This document shows positions 20,197 to 28,591 of a stretch of DNA of 32,000 bases, piece after piece. The DNA is from a virus. Its lineage: Duplodnaviria; Heunggongvirae; Uroviricota; Caudoviricetes. The notes beneath the pieces were generated by a model, which did no database searches, was not told where the DNA came from, and saw only the letters and a list, made by a program, of their open reading frames with translations. The stretch's first letter is position 1. Each line of letters begins with the position of its first letter. Made by a program: the position numbers and the translations under genes. The DNA lies in IMG/VR virus record IMGVR_UViG_3300022719_000283, positions 366,590 through 398,589 of that record; one strand, written 5' to 3'.

Positions 20197-21435
20197 TCAC
20201 GCGAAGTGGCCTCGGATGGTGTTGAGGGCCGCTTTGAGACCACCCTCGGTCTTGGGGAAAGTTTCCGTGGAGTGCCCCTTCCCGTAAATCCAGAGCTCTG
20301 TCTCGATGGTATCTCCGGCTACGGTGCCCCACTTGAGCGCGGCCGTCTTGCGAGGGCCCGGATCTTCCTGGTCGTTGTCTTCGTCGTATTTGAAGGTCTC
20401 CTGCGGATGTCGAGACGCGATACGGGGACGGAAGAACCAGAAGTTCTTCTCCCCTTCCTCACGGTCTTTGCCGGAAGATCCAATCCAGCCGAGCCCCTTG
20501 AGCTCGAGATCGGGATCCTTCTCGAGTAGCTCTTTGAGCAATGCCCAGGTGAGGTCCGTATCGCGCCATCGTCGGAAGTCTTCGTCCTGTTTCTTCTTGT
20601 ACTCCTGGCGGCGCCGATCTTGCTCCTGGCGGTAGTCGGATTTCCAGGTGTCCAGCACCACCAAGACGTCTCCACGACGTTCGAGCGTGAGTTTCAGATC
20701 TACCTCCCGATCCCAGTTGGATTCATCGTCGTACGTTTCTCCGATCTCGTTCAACTGCTCCATCGAGATATCATCCTCCCTTTGGCCCGTTGGCTTGAAG
20801 ATCGAAGCCGACTCGTAGACCGTGATGGTTCCGTCCTCATTGAAAGTAGGGTCTTTCTCATCGGCATAGAGGGCTGTTTGGGTCGCCTCGGAAAGATGGT
20901 CCTTGTGTTTCTCGTACTCCTCGACCGAGGTGATGACGGGGATCTCGGGCCAGCCTTTGCTGGGGTCCCTGAAATCGTAAAACCGGAACTCATACGGGGC
21001 AGCCCAGTGGCATCCGTCGACCAGGAGCGTCTGGCCGTCGGGGCTCAGAAAAGCGCGGGCCCAGCAAAACCCCAAGCCATCATAGTGGTACTCCTGGGGC
21101 TCGTGCTCGATCCCGGCATCGAGATCCACGATGGTCTGGCTCATGTACGAACGCCCGGTGATCAGGTACTCATGGTCATCCTTGGTGACGAACGAGTGAT
21201 GAAATATCGAGTAGTTGCGCACGATGTCGCAGACCATCTCGTCATCGGAGACCCGGTAAACAGTTCCGCGGGAGTAGTTCCAGCATCCTTCCTTGGTCGC
21301 GTACCAACGGATAAGCAGCCGGTAGCGACCTGAAGGAGACAGCTTCTCTTCGGTTTTCGATTTCTGGTTCTCCGGGCAGATGAACTTTTCGGTTTCGCGC
21401 CGGTTTTTCAGATTCTTCTGTGTGGTGTCTTTCAT
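20197..21435 (-). CDS. Hypothetical protein (412 aa)
   Basis: The start MKDTTQKNLK (ATG at 21433-21435) is preferred because the track extension overlaps a tRNA-like gene. The central and C-terminal regions are charged. No motif was recognised. Confidence 0.7.
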   Translation of the reverse strand: MKDTTQKNLKNRRETEKFICPENQKSKTEEKLSPSGRYRLLIRWYATKEGCWNYSRGTVYRVSDDEMVCDIVRNYSIFHHSFVTKDDHEYLITGRSYMSQTIVDLDAGIEHEPQEYHYDGLGFCWARAFLSPDGQTLLVDGCHWAAPYEFRFYDFRDPSKGWPEIPVITSVEEYEKHKDHLSEATQTALYADEKDPTFNEDGTITVYESASIFKPTGQREDDISMEQLNEIGETYDDESNWDREVDLKLTLERRGDVLVVLDTWKSDYRQEQDRRRQEYKKKQDEDFRRWRDTDLTWALLKELLEKDPDLELKGLGWIGSSGKDREEGEKNFWFFRPRIASRHPQETFKYDEDNDQEDPGPRKTAALKWGTVAGDTIETELWIYGKGHSTETFPKTEGGLKAALNTIRGHFA

Positions 21436-21449
21436 GGTTTGTTCTCTCT

Positions 21450-21524
21450 TGGCGCCCTCGGCAGGATTCGAACCGCACGACCTTCTCCCGTGAAGGAAAT
21501 GCTCTACCACTGAGCTACGAGGGC
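21450..21524 (-). tRNA. tRNA-like gene, Val(CAC)-like, with weak anticodon and T stems (possible pseudo-tRNA)
   Basis: GCCCTCG-TA-GCTC-AGTGGTA-GAGC-A-TTTCC-TTCACGG-GAGAA-GGTCG?-TGCGG-TTCGAAT-CCTGC-CGAGGGC-G-CCA. The acceptor is 7/7 and the D arm is fine. The T stem pairs only 2-4 positions and the anticodon stem has a C:A mismatch. A competing hairpin is CCTTC-ACGGGA-GAAGG. Confidence 0.5.
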
Positions 21525-21554
21525 GGAATATCGCCTAGAAGGCGACAGGGTGGA

Positions 21555-21821
21555 TCAAGCTGCGACCTCCTCGACTTCATACCGTTTGGCAACTCGCTCG
21601 GCGGTCTCACGGCAGTAGTCGGCATCGGGGAGGTGGTGACGACCACGGACCCACGCACGCAGGATGCACAGCTCCGTCGCCTGTCGCTTGAGAGAGATCA
21701 GCTCCAACTGAAGATTACCCATCGAGCGAGTCCAGGTGGATCGGAGCTCTTTCTTGACCGCACGTATGCGGTCCTCGAGTTCACGCCGATCTTGCTTGAG
21801 TTTGGGAAGGTTGATGTTCAT
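21555..21821 (-). CDS. Hypothetical protein
   Basis: The start MNINLPKLKQ (ATG at 21819-21821) follows the stop of the upstream gene. The N-terminus is coiled-coil-like. Confidence 0.55.
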   Translation of the reverse strand: MNINLPKLKQDRRELEDRIRAVKKELRSTWTRSMGNLQLELISLKRQATELCILRAWVRGRHHLPDADYCRETAERVAKRYEVEEVAA

Positions 21822-21831
21822 GTTTGTCCTT

Positions 21832-22260
21832 TCATTTGAGCAGCGGCAAGCTGCTGGTGACTTTCTTGACGAGCTTCCGATCAGCCACGGGACAGATCCC
21901 AAGGGCCATCAGGGCTCCGTTGTATGGAGGGTCGGGTTCCCGAACCGCCACATGAGGAATTGCGAAACGCTGCAACTTCTCCTCCAGGAACTTGAGGTGC
22001 TCCTCGCTCCTGGCGGCCAAAGCTACGGCGAACGTGCCGGTCGGGACGCCCTTCTCCGGAGTGCTCTCCCCTGCCGCATGGATCGTTTGGGCCACCGCGC
22101 ACCCAATCGGAAGATCCGCCCTCACGATGACATAGTGCGTCAGCGGATGGCAGGCCCTACGGGTTTCGAACCCGCTGCCCTCGAGACGCTTACCCTCGAG
22201 ACCCCTCCTCTGGGGAAGGCCCATGATGTTGTCGAGGAACCTTCGCAGGGTGGTGGCCAC
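21832..22260 (-). CDS. Peptidyl-tRNA hydrolase, PTH2 (archaeal/eukaryotic-type) family
   Basis: HYVIVRADLPIGCAVAQTIHAAG aligns by eye with the VxVRxDL..G...AQ..HAA core of PTH2. FAVALAARSEEHLKFLEEKL..., ...VREPD... and ALMALGICPV...LVKKVTSSLPLLK match the C-terminal half. The start may instead be M13 at 22224. Confidence 0.7.
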   Translation of the reverse strand: MATTLRRFLDNIMGLPQRRGLEGKRLEGSGFETRRACHPLTHYVIVRADLPIGCAVAQTIHAAGESTPEKGVPTGTFAVALAARSEEHLKFLEEKLQRFAIPHVAVREPDPPYNGALMALGICPVADRKLVKKVTSSLPLLK

Positions 22261-22462
22261 CGTGCTCCAGGTTCCTCCTGGGGTGCTGTGCCCCTCTCTC
22301 CGGGTGGGGCATCCAAGGCTGTCAAGCTCGTGCTTGCATGCCCACGAAGCTAATGCCCCTCCGAGGACCCGTCAAGCTTTTTTCCGCTGTTTCTGATTTG
22401 CGGGCTTTGCGCGGCGTAAAACAGGCCCCGAAGACATGTACGGGAAAGGAGGAAGCATTGTG

Positions 22463-22741
22463 ATGATTTTCAAGGTCTACCACGACAAGAATCCGACTTT
22501 TGGCATGGGGGAACCACCCGAGTTCAACCGACAGAACTTCGAGCTCGTAGCCGAGGTCGAGTGTGATCCACAAAACTACGGTGACGTGTTCCGTCTGACC
22601 AATCACATCGACACACCTTGGTGGGAGAACTCCGAGGTCAAGTGCATCAAGCAATCCCGGTCAACTTCGGTCGGTGACGTCATCGTCAGTGAAGACGGCA
22701 TCCGACGCCGATGCGAGCCATCCGGATGGTCGGAGTTCTAG
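22463..22741 (+). CDS. Hypothetical protein
   Basis: AAGGAGG (22446-22452) precedes GTG at 22460 and ATG at 22463 (MIFKVYHDKNPTFG...). The track ORF starts at 22436. Confidence 0.6.
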   Translation: MIFKVYHDKNPTFGMGEPPEFNRQNFELVAEVECDPQNYGDVFRLTNHIDTPWWENSEVKCIKQSRSTSVGDVIVSEDGIRRRCEPSGWSEF

Positions 22742-22750
22742 GAGAACATC

Positions 22751-23152
22751 ATGGAATGGAAAGTCCCCATCGTCATCCACGATGAGTTCGGTGGTTTCGG
22801 CCTGACTCCAGAAATGGTGCGACGTCTCAAGGGTCGAGGCTGCGAGTGGGTGAACAAATGCGGCCACGACCACAACAAGACCCGATACTGGCTCCCCTCC
22901 CAAGATGGAATGGATGACGAGGCTGAGAACCTCCGCATGGACAAAGACCTGATCGCGGTCGTCCGTGAGTTGACCGAGGAGTACGAAAAGATCGTCGATC
23001 GTGAGAGCGGCGAAATCCTGTCCTGGCGAGAGAAGACCAATCTCCGACAGGAGATGCTCGCTAACCTCAAGATTGTCCAGGTTCGAATCGTCATCGAGAT
23101 CGAAGATTTCGACGGCAGGGAGTCCGTCTCCGTCACTGGTGGCACCTGGTAG
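22751..23152 (+). CDS. Hypothetical protein (weak paralog of 7503-7946)
   Basis: 133-aa ORF with ...PIVIHDEFGGFGLTPEMVRRLKGRGCEW..., DKDLIAVVRELTEE... and IVIEIEDFDGRESVSV. Confidence 0.6.
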   Translation: MEWKVPIVIHDEFGGFGLTPEMVRRLKGRGCEWVNKCGHDHNKTRYWLPSQDGMDDEAENLRMDKDLIAVVRELTEEYEKIVDRESGEILSWREKTNLRQEMLANLKIVQVRIVIEIEDFDGRESVSVTGGTW

Positions 23153-23181
23153 ATCTCCACTGTACGTTGCAACCTGAGACA

Positions 23182-23232
23182 CCCGAGCTCACAGGTGAAC
23201 CCGAACTTCGCGGGTTCACCTGTGAGCTCGGG
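23182..23232 (+). terminator. Perfect 22-bp inverted repeat (candidate terminator or protein-binding palindrome)
   Basis: CCCGAGCTCACAGGTGAACCCG, a 7-nt loop, then CGGGTTCACCTGTGAGCTCGGG. It starts 30 nt after the stop of CDS 22751-23152. An AATTTT tract begins 9 nt downstream. Confidence 0.5.
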
Positions 23233-23313
23233 GCGTCGCTAATTTTCCTGTGCTTCACTAGTAGTGTGAGCCGTGGTGGCTACAGCAAGAAACGAGACGA
23301 GTTGACCTCGGCC

Positions 23314-23640
23314 ATGATGCGTTTTCCCAAAGGGAAGGTGCCAGGCCAAAGTTCAAGCCCGGAAACCTCTGCTCAACACTCGCGCGTGTTTTCATCCGGT
23401 GCCTATTTCATCAGCCGTCTCACTGGTAACGTGATCGCAACCCTCCTGGTCGCGATGTTGATTTTCTTGGCTTACGTGATCTCAACGTTTGTCACACGCG
23501 AACACCAGATCAAGCACTACAAGAAAGAACAGAAACAACTGCGCCGGGAAATGGACGAGCTCAAGGACAAAAACCTCCTGTTCGAGAGGCGCATGGTGGA
23601 GCTCGAAACCGAGCTGGAGAACATGGAGGAGGGCAGATGA
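23314..23640 (+). CDS. Small membrane-anchored coiled-coil protein
   Basis: I prefer the start at MMRFPKGK because the track ORF begins inside the 22-bp hairpin. It has a hydrophobic segment VIATLLVAMLIFLAYVISTFV followed by a charged heptad-like tail. An ATGA overlap couples it to the next gene. Confidence 0.5.
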   Translation: MMRFPKGKVPGQSSSPETSAQHSRVFSSGAYFISRLTGNVIATLLVAMLIFLAYVISTFVTREHQIKHYKKEQKQLRREMDELKDKNLLFERRMVELETELENMEEGR

Positions 23641-24461
23641 GACTCGACTGGCTAACGGATCCACATCTCGATCATCTCCGAGACGAGGAGATGCTCCTGG
23701 CGTTCGTGAAGAAACTACATAGCCGTCCATCCGACGGATTGCTGATCACGGGAGACATCGCGGAAGGACCCACCATCTACGAGTTCCTGGGACTCGTCTC
23801 TGGGGCCTACCAACGTCCGGTGTATTTCGTTCTCGGCAATCACGACTTCTTCGGTGGGTTCATGAGCGATGCGCACCAAGAGGTACGAACAGTCTGCCGC
23901 GCTGTGCCCCAGGGAATCCTGAACTGGATGACTGATCGTGACTTCATCATGCTCGACGAAACAACCGCACTCGTCGGGCATGACGGGTTCTACGATGGGC
24001 AGGCGGGTCAAGCAGGTCTCACCTTTTCGTTGCCCGACTTCTTTTTGCCAGGCGGAAACAGGGACCTCATCCAAGCGTTGGAACTCGGATCTCGCCATCT
24101 TTTCCGATTGCTTGAACGGCTTGGTCGGGAGTCTGCCGCCTTTCTTCGAACCCAGATCCAGGGCGCCATTCGCTACGGAGCTCGGCGCGTTCTCGTCATC
24201 ACGCACGTACCCCCCTTTCGCCAGGCGAGTTATTTTCGCGGTCGTCCTTCCGAACCCCACGCGGTTCCCTTCTACGTAAACCAAATTTTAGGGGAGGAGC
24301 TCCTTGAGCTTGCGGGGAAATTCCCGAACGTGAAGATCGAAGTCTACGCTGGACACACTCACTGTGAGCGGGTGTATGAAGCCGCCGACAATCTGGTGGT
24401 GCATGTAGGGCGGGCTCGCTACGAGCGACTCCCCACCTTTCAGCAACCGATTGTGATCTAG
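23637..24461 (+). CDS. Metallophosphoesterase (calcineurin-like) family protein
   Basis: All five motifs are present: LTDPHLDH (DxH), ITGDIAEG (GDxxE), LGNHDF (GNHD), VITHVPP and AGHTHC (GHxH). Confidence 0.85.
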   Translation: MRLDWLTDPHLDHLRDEEMLLAFVKKLHSRPSDGLLITGDIAEGPTIYEFLGLVSGAYQRPVYFVLGNHDFFGGFMSDAHQEVRTVCRAVPQGILNWMTDRDFIMLDETTALVGHDGFYDGQAGQAGLTFSLPDFFLPGGNRDLIQALELGSRHLFRLLERLGRESAAFLRTQIQGAIRYGARRVLVITHVPPFRQASYFRGRPSEPHAVPFYVNQILGEELLELAGKFPNVKIEVYAGHTHCERVYEAADNLVVHVGRARYERLPTFQQPIVI

Positions 24462-24841
24462 TCGTCGCTGGACGTGTTTTTTCCCTGATCTGCCTCGAGA
24501 AGCTCCCACTCACCGGTGGGCTTCTTTTTCCACACGCCGGTGTCTACGTCTTCGATGTATTCCGGGCTTGGGTCGGGTTTGTCGAGCGCCTCTTGGATTT
24601 CAGCAGGATCAAGATCCAAGGTGGATGCCTCGGGATCAACTTCGTTGTCCCGCTCCTCTGGGCGGTAACCGGCTTTGATTTTCAGCCCTTCGCTCCGCGC
24701 GATGCGGTCCACGACGAAAAGATCGAGTTGGAACCGTTCTGCCAATTCGTTAAGTGTGGCCCGCTGCTCGAGAGGGGCCCAGGAACGCAACTCTTTGAGG
24801 AGCTCGTTGATCTTGGCCTGGGTCACGAAAAAGTTCGGCAT
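24458..24841 (-). CDS. Hypothetical acidic protein
   Basis: The ATG at 24839-24841 (MPNFFVTQAK...) is preferred. It is convergent with the metallophosphoesterase gene, with a 4-nt overlap of stops. Confidence 0.5.
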   Translation of the reverse strand: MPNFFVTQAKINELLKELRSWAPLEQRATLNELAERFQLDLFVVDRIARSEGLKIKAGYRPEERDNEVDPEASTLDLDPAEIQEALDKPDPSPEYIEDVDTGVWKKKPTGEWELLEADQGKNTSSDD

Positions 24842-24960
24842 GGCTTCACCCTGCAACCAGGGTGGATCATGCAACCTTTAGTGACGAGTTCTCTTTGTAA
24901 CCCTACGCTTTTCGCAGGGTCGCCCTCGGCTTTCCAAAATTGTTCGAGCCGTGCGCAGAA

Positions 24961-25551
24961 TTAGCCTGTGCGGTCTCTTGGCGCCAGCATGGCCCTGTTC
25001 TTCCAGAACAAGACACTTTCTCGCAACGCGCTTTCGAACTCCTCGGGACTCATCCCGGTAGCGGTACCCCCATCGAGCTGAAAATGGTTGGCGATCAGCG
25101 TCATGGGCGCGATCGGCATCTCTTCTTTGGTGGGACGGCCATTCACACTGATCACATCCCAGTCCTTGCCCGTGCAGTCCTCATCGCCTTCCTGGAGCGT
25201 CTCTCGGCTGTAGAGGACGACATCCACGGCGGCGCAGGGCATCTTGCTCTTATCCTCTGAGACGGCCCTGAGCGTCTTCCTGGGCTCTTCTCCGGGACGC
25301 CGGGCCTTGTACTCCCCAGCGAGCTTATCGCCCTCCTCGAGCTCCACAACGCCGCAGAAGAAACCCTCTGCCGGCACCGGGACCAGGCACACACCATCTC
25401 GGTATCCGGGCTTGGCTTTGTGGAAGTGCTCGGCCACGAGCTCTTGGACCCGACTCCATTCGCCCTCGAAGTGGGTGAACTCGGATTCGGGCGTCTGCCG
25501 GGTGACGAAGGGGTTGATGCCGAAGGTGGGGTTCTGGTTGCTGTTGGTCAT
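24961..25551 (-). CDS. Conserved hypothetical protein (possibly DUF3228-like)
   Basis: The start MTNSNQNPTFG (ATG at 25549-25551) is preferred. ...AKPGYRDGVCLVPVP..., ARRPGEEPRK..., VDVVLYSRETL... and DWDVISVNGRP... look like a conserved globular family. The family name is from memory only. Confidence 0.55.
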   Translation of the reverse strand: MTNSNQNPTFGINPFVTRQTPESEFTHFEGEWSRVQELVAEHFHKAKPGYRDGVCLVPVPAEGFFCGVVELEEGDKLAGEYKARRPGEEPRKTLRAVSEDKSKMPCAAVDVVLYSRETLQEGDEDCTGKDWDVISVNGRPTKEEMPIAPMTLIANHFQLDGGTATGMSPEEFESALRESVLFWKNRAMLAPRDRTG

Positions 25552-25898
25552 GTGTTTTGTCCTTGTGTCTGTGTGGACGGAATCCGGACCCGAGATCTGA
25601 CATCCCTTCCCCGAAACCATGGATGACATGCTTGAGCCTCCCGTTTTACAGGAAAAGGTGCCGGTCGCGTGGGTTTGGGACCAAAAACCCACCGCCGGCT
25701 CTCCGTGTGTTTCATGAAGGGTCAGCAGGCAAACCATCGAAAACCTGGATCAGTAGTCCCTCAAGACTGATCTCCCTGTTCCGGGCTCTCCCCGGACACC
25801 ATGCACGGAGCACTCTCCGAAGAGAGCTACACCCATTGTACACCTTGTTGCGCTCGAGGCTCGGATGACGTTGACTCTCCTATACGAACCTCTCTGTC

Positions 25899-26438
25899 AT
25901 GGTCATTGTTGTCCTGGATGGGCTCCTCGGAGATCGCAAAAAGCACCTGGACGTCACGGAGCTCGTTAACCGGGCCATGAGGGAGCTCCCGGACTGCCAT
26001 GGGGTCACGATCATCGAAGAACGTGGAGGATCGGGCATCCTGAAATTCAACAAGATCTACCGCAAGCTGGTGAAGCACGCAAAACAGAACAAGGTGCTTT
26101 TGCTGGTAGGCAAGAGCTACGGCGCCCACTGGTGCGTGCGTCTTTTGTGGAGGCTCGCCAAGCGAGAGTATTTGTTCAAGTTCCACGCTGTCGGCATGGT
26201 CACGGTAGATCCTTCCTATGTTCTGCACCCGATGCAGCGCAAGATGAAATCGATCCCTCAAATCGACTTCGCCCAGAATTTTCATCAGTACGGACCGCGT
26301 TCGGGTTACCGCCTCGGACCGCCCGCCAAGAACGTGGCCATCCCAGGGACCCACACGACGCTCGAGAAGGATCCTCGTGTTTTCCGAGCGATCGTCAATC
26401 TTCTCCTGTGGGGGCACGTGAAACGACGTCGGCGTTGA
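25899..26438 (+). CDS. Alpha/beta-hydrolase-like protein (GxSxG)
   Basis: 179-aa ORF. LLLVGKSYGAHW contains a G-x-S-x-G nucleophile-elbow motif. I preferred it over the antisense shadow ORF at 25827-26417. Confidence 0.55.
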   Translation: MVIVVLDGLLGDRKKHLDVTELVNRAMRELPDCHGVTIIEERGGSGILKFNKIYRKLVKHAKQNKVLLLVGKSYGAHWCVRLLWRLAKREYLFKFHAVGMVTVDPSYVLHPMQRKMKSIPQIDFAQNFHQYGPRSGYRLGPPAKNVAIPGTHTTLEKDPRVFRAIVNLLLWGHVKRRRR

Positions 26439-26682
26439 TCACTTCGACCTCATAGGGCTCCCATCGGTGAAAGCCCCCGGATTCCGCGTTCGTCGCCGTG
26501 CTGTAGAAAGCTGGAGTTTCGGTGACTCTACGAGCTTGCACGTACGGGCCCAAGATCCCACGGATGTCCCATCGAACCCCATCCACGTCTTCGTAGATCC
26601 CGAGGCCGCGACCACGGGGATCAACGGGAAAACGAAGCGTACCAGCAAGGGGACACGGAGTGGTCCAAGTTGCGTAAAACAT
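26395..26682 (-). CDS. Hypothetical protein
   Basis: 95-aa ORF. It is convergent with 25899-26438 and overlaps its 3' end by 44 nt. Confidence 0.45.
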   Translation of the reverse strand: MFYATWTTPCPLAGTLRFPVDPRGRGLGIYEDVDGVRWDIRGILGPYVQARRVTETPAFYSTATNAESGGFHRWEPYEVEVINADVVSRAPTGED

Positions 26683-26807
26683 CAGGGGTTATACGCCACT
26701 ACTTTCCTAGGCGACGGATCATGCGACCCATCTTTTCGGAATAGGCGGCCCAGTGCAGATCCGTCCAGACGTCCAGGAGAAAACTGCCCCCGAGAACTAC
26801 GACTCCA

Positions 26808-27170
26808 ATGATCCCGATTTCGCTCATCATGGCGCCCACGTTTTACGTGCCGGAGCGCCCTCGAGCTAGCGAAATCGAGCAACACTTCGGTGACGAGCTC
26901 AAAGCAGCCTCACGACCTAGCGTAGAATGCATGATGGCCAATGAAGCACGGACCCCTGGAGAACGGTGGGAGCAAGGGATTCCTCACGACCCCCGTTCGG
27001 TCTCTCTTTTCAAGAGCATCATGAAGCTCGATTGGGATCTCAACAGTGACTACTTCGGATGGAAGGTTGGTGGTGACGGGGACAACGGAGAGGTACTGAT
27101 GTACCTGCTCGACGAGCACTTCCAGCGTGAGGACGAGGCTACGAGTCCGACTTCACAAGATCATTCGTGA
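26808..27170 (+). CDS. Hypothetical protein
   Basis: 120-aa ORF with an alternative start at 26829 (MAPTFYV). No motif was recognised. Confidence 0.5.
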   Translation: MIPISLIMAPTFYVPERPRASEIEQHFGDELKAASRPSVECMMANEARTPGERWEQGIPHDPRSVSLFKSIMKLDWDLNSDYFGWKVGGDGDNGEVLMYLLDEHFQREDEATSPTSQDHS

Positions 27171-27400
27171 CCTTGGAGTTTTCGTCGAGCGCTAGGGTCT
27201 TCTTCCTGGCGTTCGGACCACACGAACCCTCGAGCCATCTTTTCACACTCCGCGACCGACCCTCGTCCCATCCCAACGAGCTGATCGTCTTTCTTGCGTT
27301 TCGTATCGTAGAGATCGTAGCGGCCTGTTACTTCGCGCAAGACGAGCCAACGACCATCGTCTGATTTCCATTGTCCTGATCCAGCAGCCTTGAACTTCAT
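27161..27400 (-). CDS. Small hypothetical protein
   Basis: The start MKFKAAGSGQWK (ATG at 27398-27400) forms a TGATG overlap with the stop of the upstream gene. Confidence 0.5.
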   Translation of the reverse strand: MKFKAAGSGQWKSDDGRWLVLREVTGRYDLYDTKRKKDDQLVGMGRGSVAECEKMARGFVWSERQEEDPSARRKLQGHE

Positions 27401-27684
27401 CAACGAGCACCTCCAGGCCATCCACATGTGGGGCACGGCATCATCTCTTTGTGAGTGAACTCGTGCCCTTCCGAGCACAAGTATCGCACAGGGAGGAGCA
27501 TAGGCTCATGAGTGTGGATGCGCCCGTGCTCGTCGTGAAACGTCCGAACGCTTCGCTTCGCTTCGTCGGGATGCTTCCCAACTTCGGAAGCAATCTGAAG
27601 CTTTTTACACTCCGGACATACCACCGACATTTTGGGGAACCGCATTCCCCTAGCATGACGCACGGATACCGCCCTCACCACCAA
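27400..27684 (-). CDS. Zinc-ribbon protein
   Basis: CPEC...(H-rich)...CPTC. Possible internal starts are MRFPK and MSVVCPEC. Confidence 0.5.
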   Translation of the reverse strand: MVVRAVSVRHARGMRFPKMSVVCPECKKLQIASEVGKHPDEAKRSVRTFHDEHGRIHTHEPMLLPVRYLCSEGHEFTHKEMMPCPTCGWPGGAR

Positions 27685-27832
27685 AATACCTCGAAAGACC
27701 TGCCTCCACGCGAAGATCGGAGGGAACGGGCCCAGTGATTAGTCCTGATCTGCCCCTATGAGCTCGAGATCCACTCTCGACTTGGAGATTTGCCGCGCCC
27801 GCTTGAGAGTCGATCAGATGTGGCAGTCCAGC

Positions 27833-28045
27833 TCACCGAATCCCTCCTTCGAGCTTGTGGCTTTTTCTTTGTTTCCACTCCTGGGCAAAGACCTCGAGCT
27901 CACGTCGGATGGCGTCGTCGCTGTAGCCCTTCGCAGCGAAGTGGTACGCCAGGCATCGCCGGATTCCGAACGCCGTGAGCACGTTGCTGATCACAAGACC
28001 AGCCACGAAGCACAAAGCACCCGTGAGGAAATACCAGAGCATCAC
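27833..28045 (-). CDS. Small single-pass membrane protein
   Basis: 70 aa with the N-terminal hydrophobic helix MMLWYFLTGALCFVAGLVISNVLTAF. A 4-nt overlap couples it to the upstream gene. Confidence 0.55.
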   Translation of the reverse strand: MMLWYFLTGALCFVAGLVISNVLTAFGIRRCLAYHFAAKGYSDDAIRRELEVFAQEWKQRKSHKLEGGIR

Positions 28046-28539
28046 TCTTCCTCGGGATGCTCGATCTTTTCAGCTTCTTCGGGGTCAAAGTCGTCGAGGA
28101 TGCCTTCGAAGAGAAGTTTCCCATGTCCCTCCACGGTGAGCAGGAGTTTACCTTCCCACCTCCCAGGGGCATCCTTCGGTTGTCTGGGACACGTGATGGT
28201 GTAGAGATATTCCTCCCAGGTATCTCGGGTGCCCACCGGCATCAGGTAGAGGCCACCAGGAGTGTTGACTGGCTTGGGGATGGTTTTGAAGTGGGGGTCA
28301 AGACCCCAGGACCCTTTCTGCTTGAGGAAGGCGATGAGCTGGACGGCCATGTCGCCGGCCCCGTTAATCTCGTCGTCCCCGCTGTAGCCGTTGACGACGA
28401 CTTTCCCCTGGAAACACTCCAGGATATCGGCTCCCATCCCGGTGGGATATCCATCAGATTGGCGGTAGAGCACACCGAACTCGGATTCTTCGTCCTTTCG
28501 CTCGGCGTTCTTGAAAATGACTAGTGATCGCGTTCCCAT
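28042..28539 (-). CDS. Hypothetical protein
   Basis: 165-aa ORF (MGTRSLVIFKNAE...LYRQSDGYPTGMGADILECF...). It is globular-looking with an acidic tail. Confidence 0.65.
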   Translation of the reverse strand: MGTRSLVIFKNAERKDEESEFGVLYRQSDGYPTGMGADILECFQGKVVVNGYSGDDEINGAGDMAVQLIAFLKQKGSWGLDPHFKTIPKPVNTPGGLYLMPVGTRDTWEEYLYTITCPRQPKDAPGRWEGKLLLTVEGHGKLLFEGILDDFDPEEAEKIEHPEEE

Positions 28540-28591
28540 CTTGGTTGTCCTTTCTTGATAGAGGACACCATGTCCTCTGGGCTCGTCGGCA

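Noticed and set aside
22145-22190. T-arm-like motif (GCGGG-UUCGAAA-CCCGU followed by AGGGCCU-G-CCA) on the minus strand.
   Set aside because: It lies inside the N-terminal part of the PTH2-like ORF. I found no matching 5' acceptor strand and no D arm either upstream or downstream, so I treated it as coincidental.
25827-26417. 196-aa minus-strand ORF.
   Set aside because: It overlaps the plus-strand ORF 25899-26438 almost entirely. The plus frame has a GxSxG motif and a more protein-like composition.
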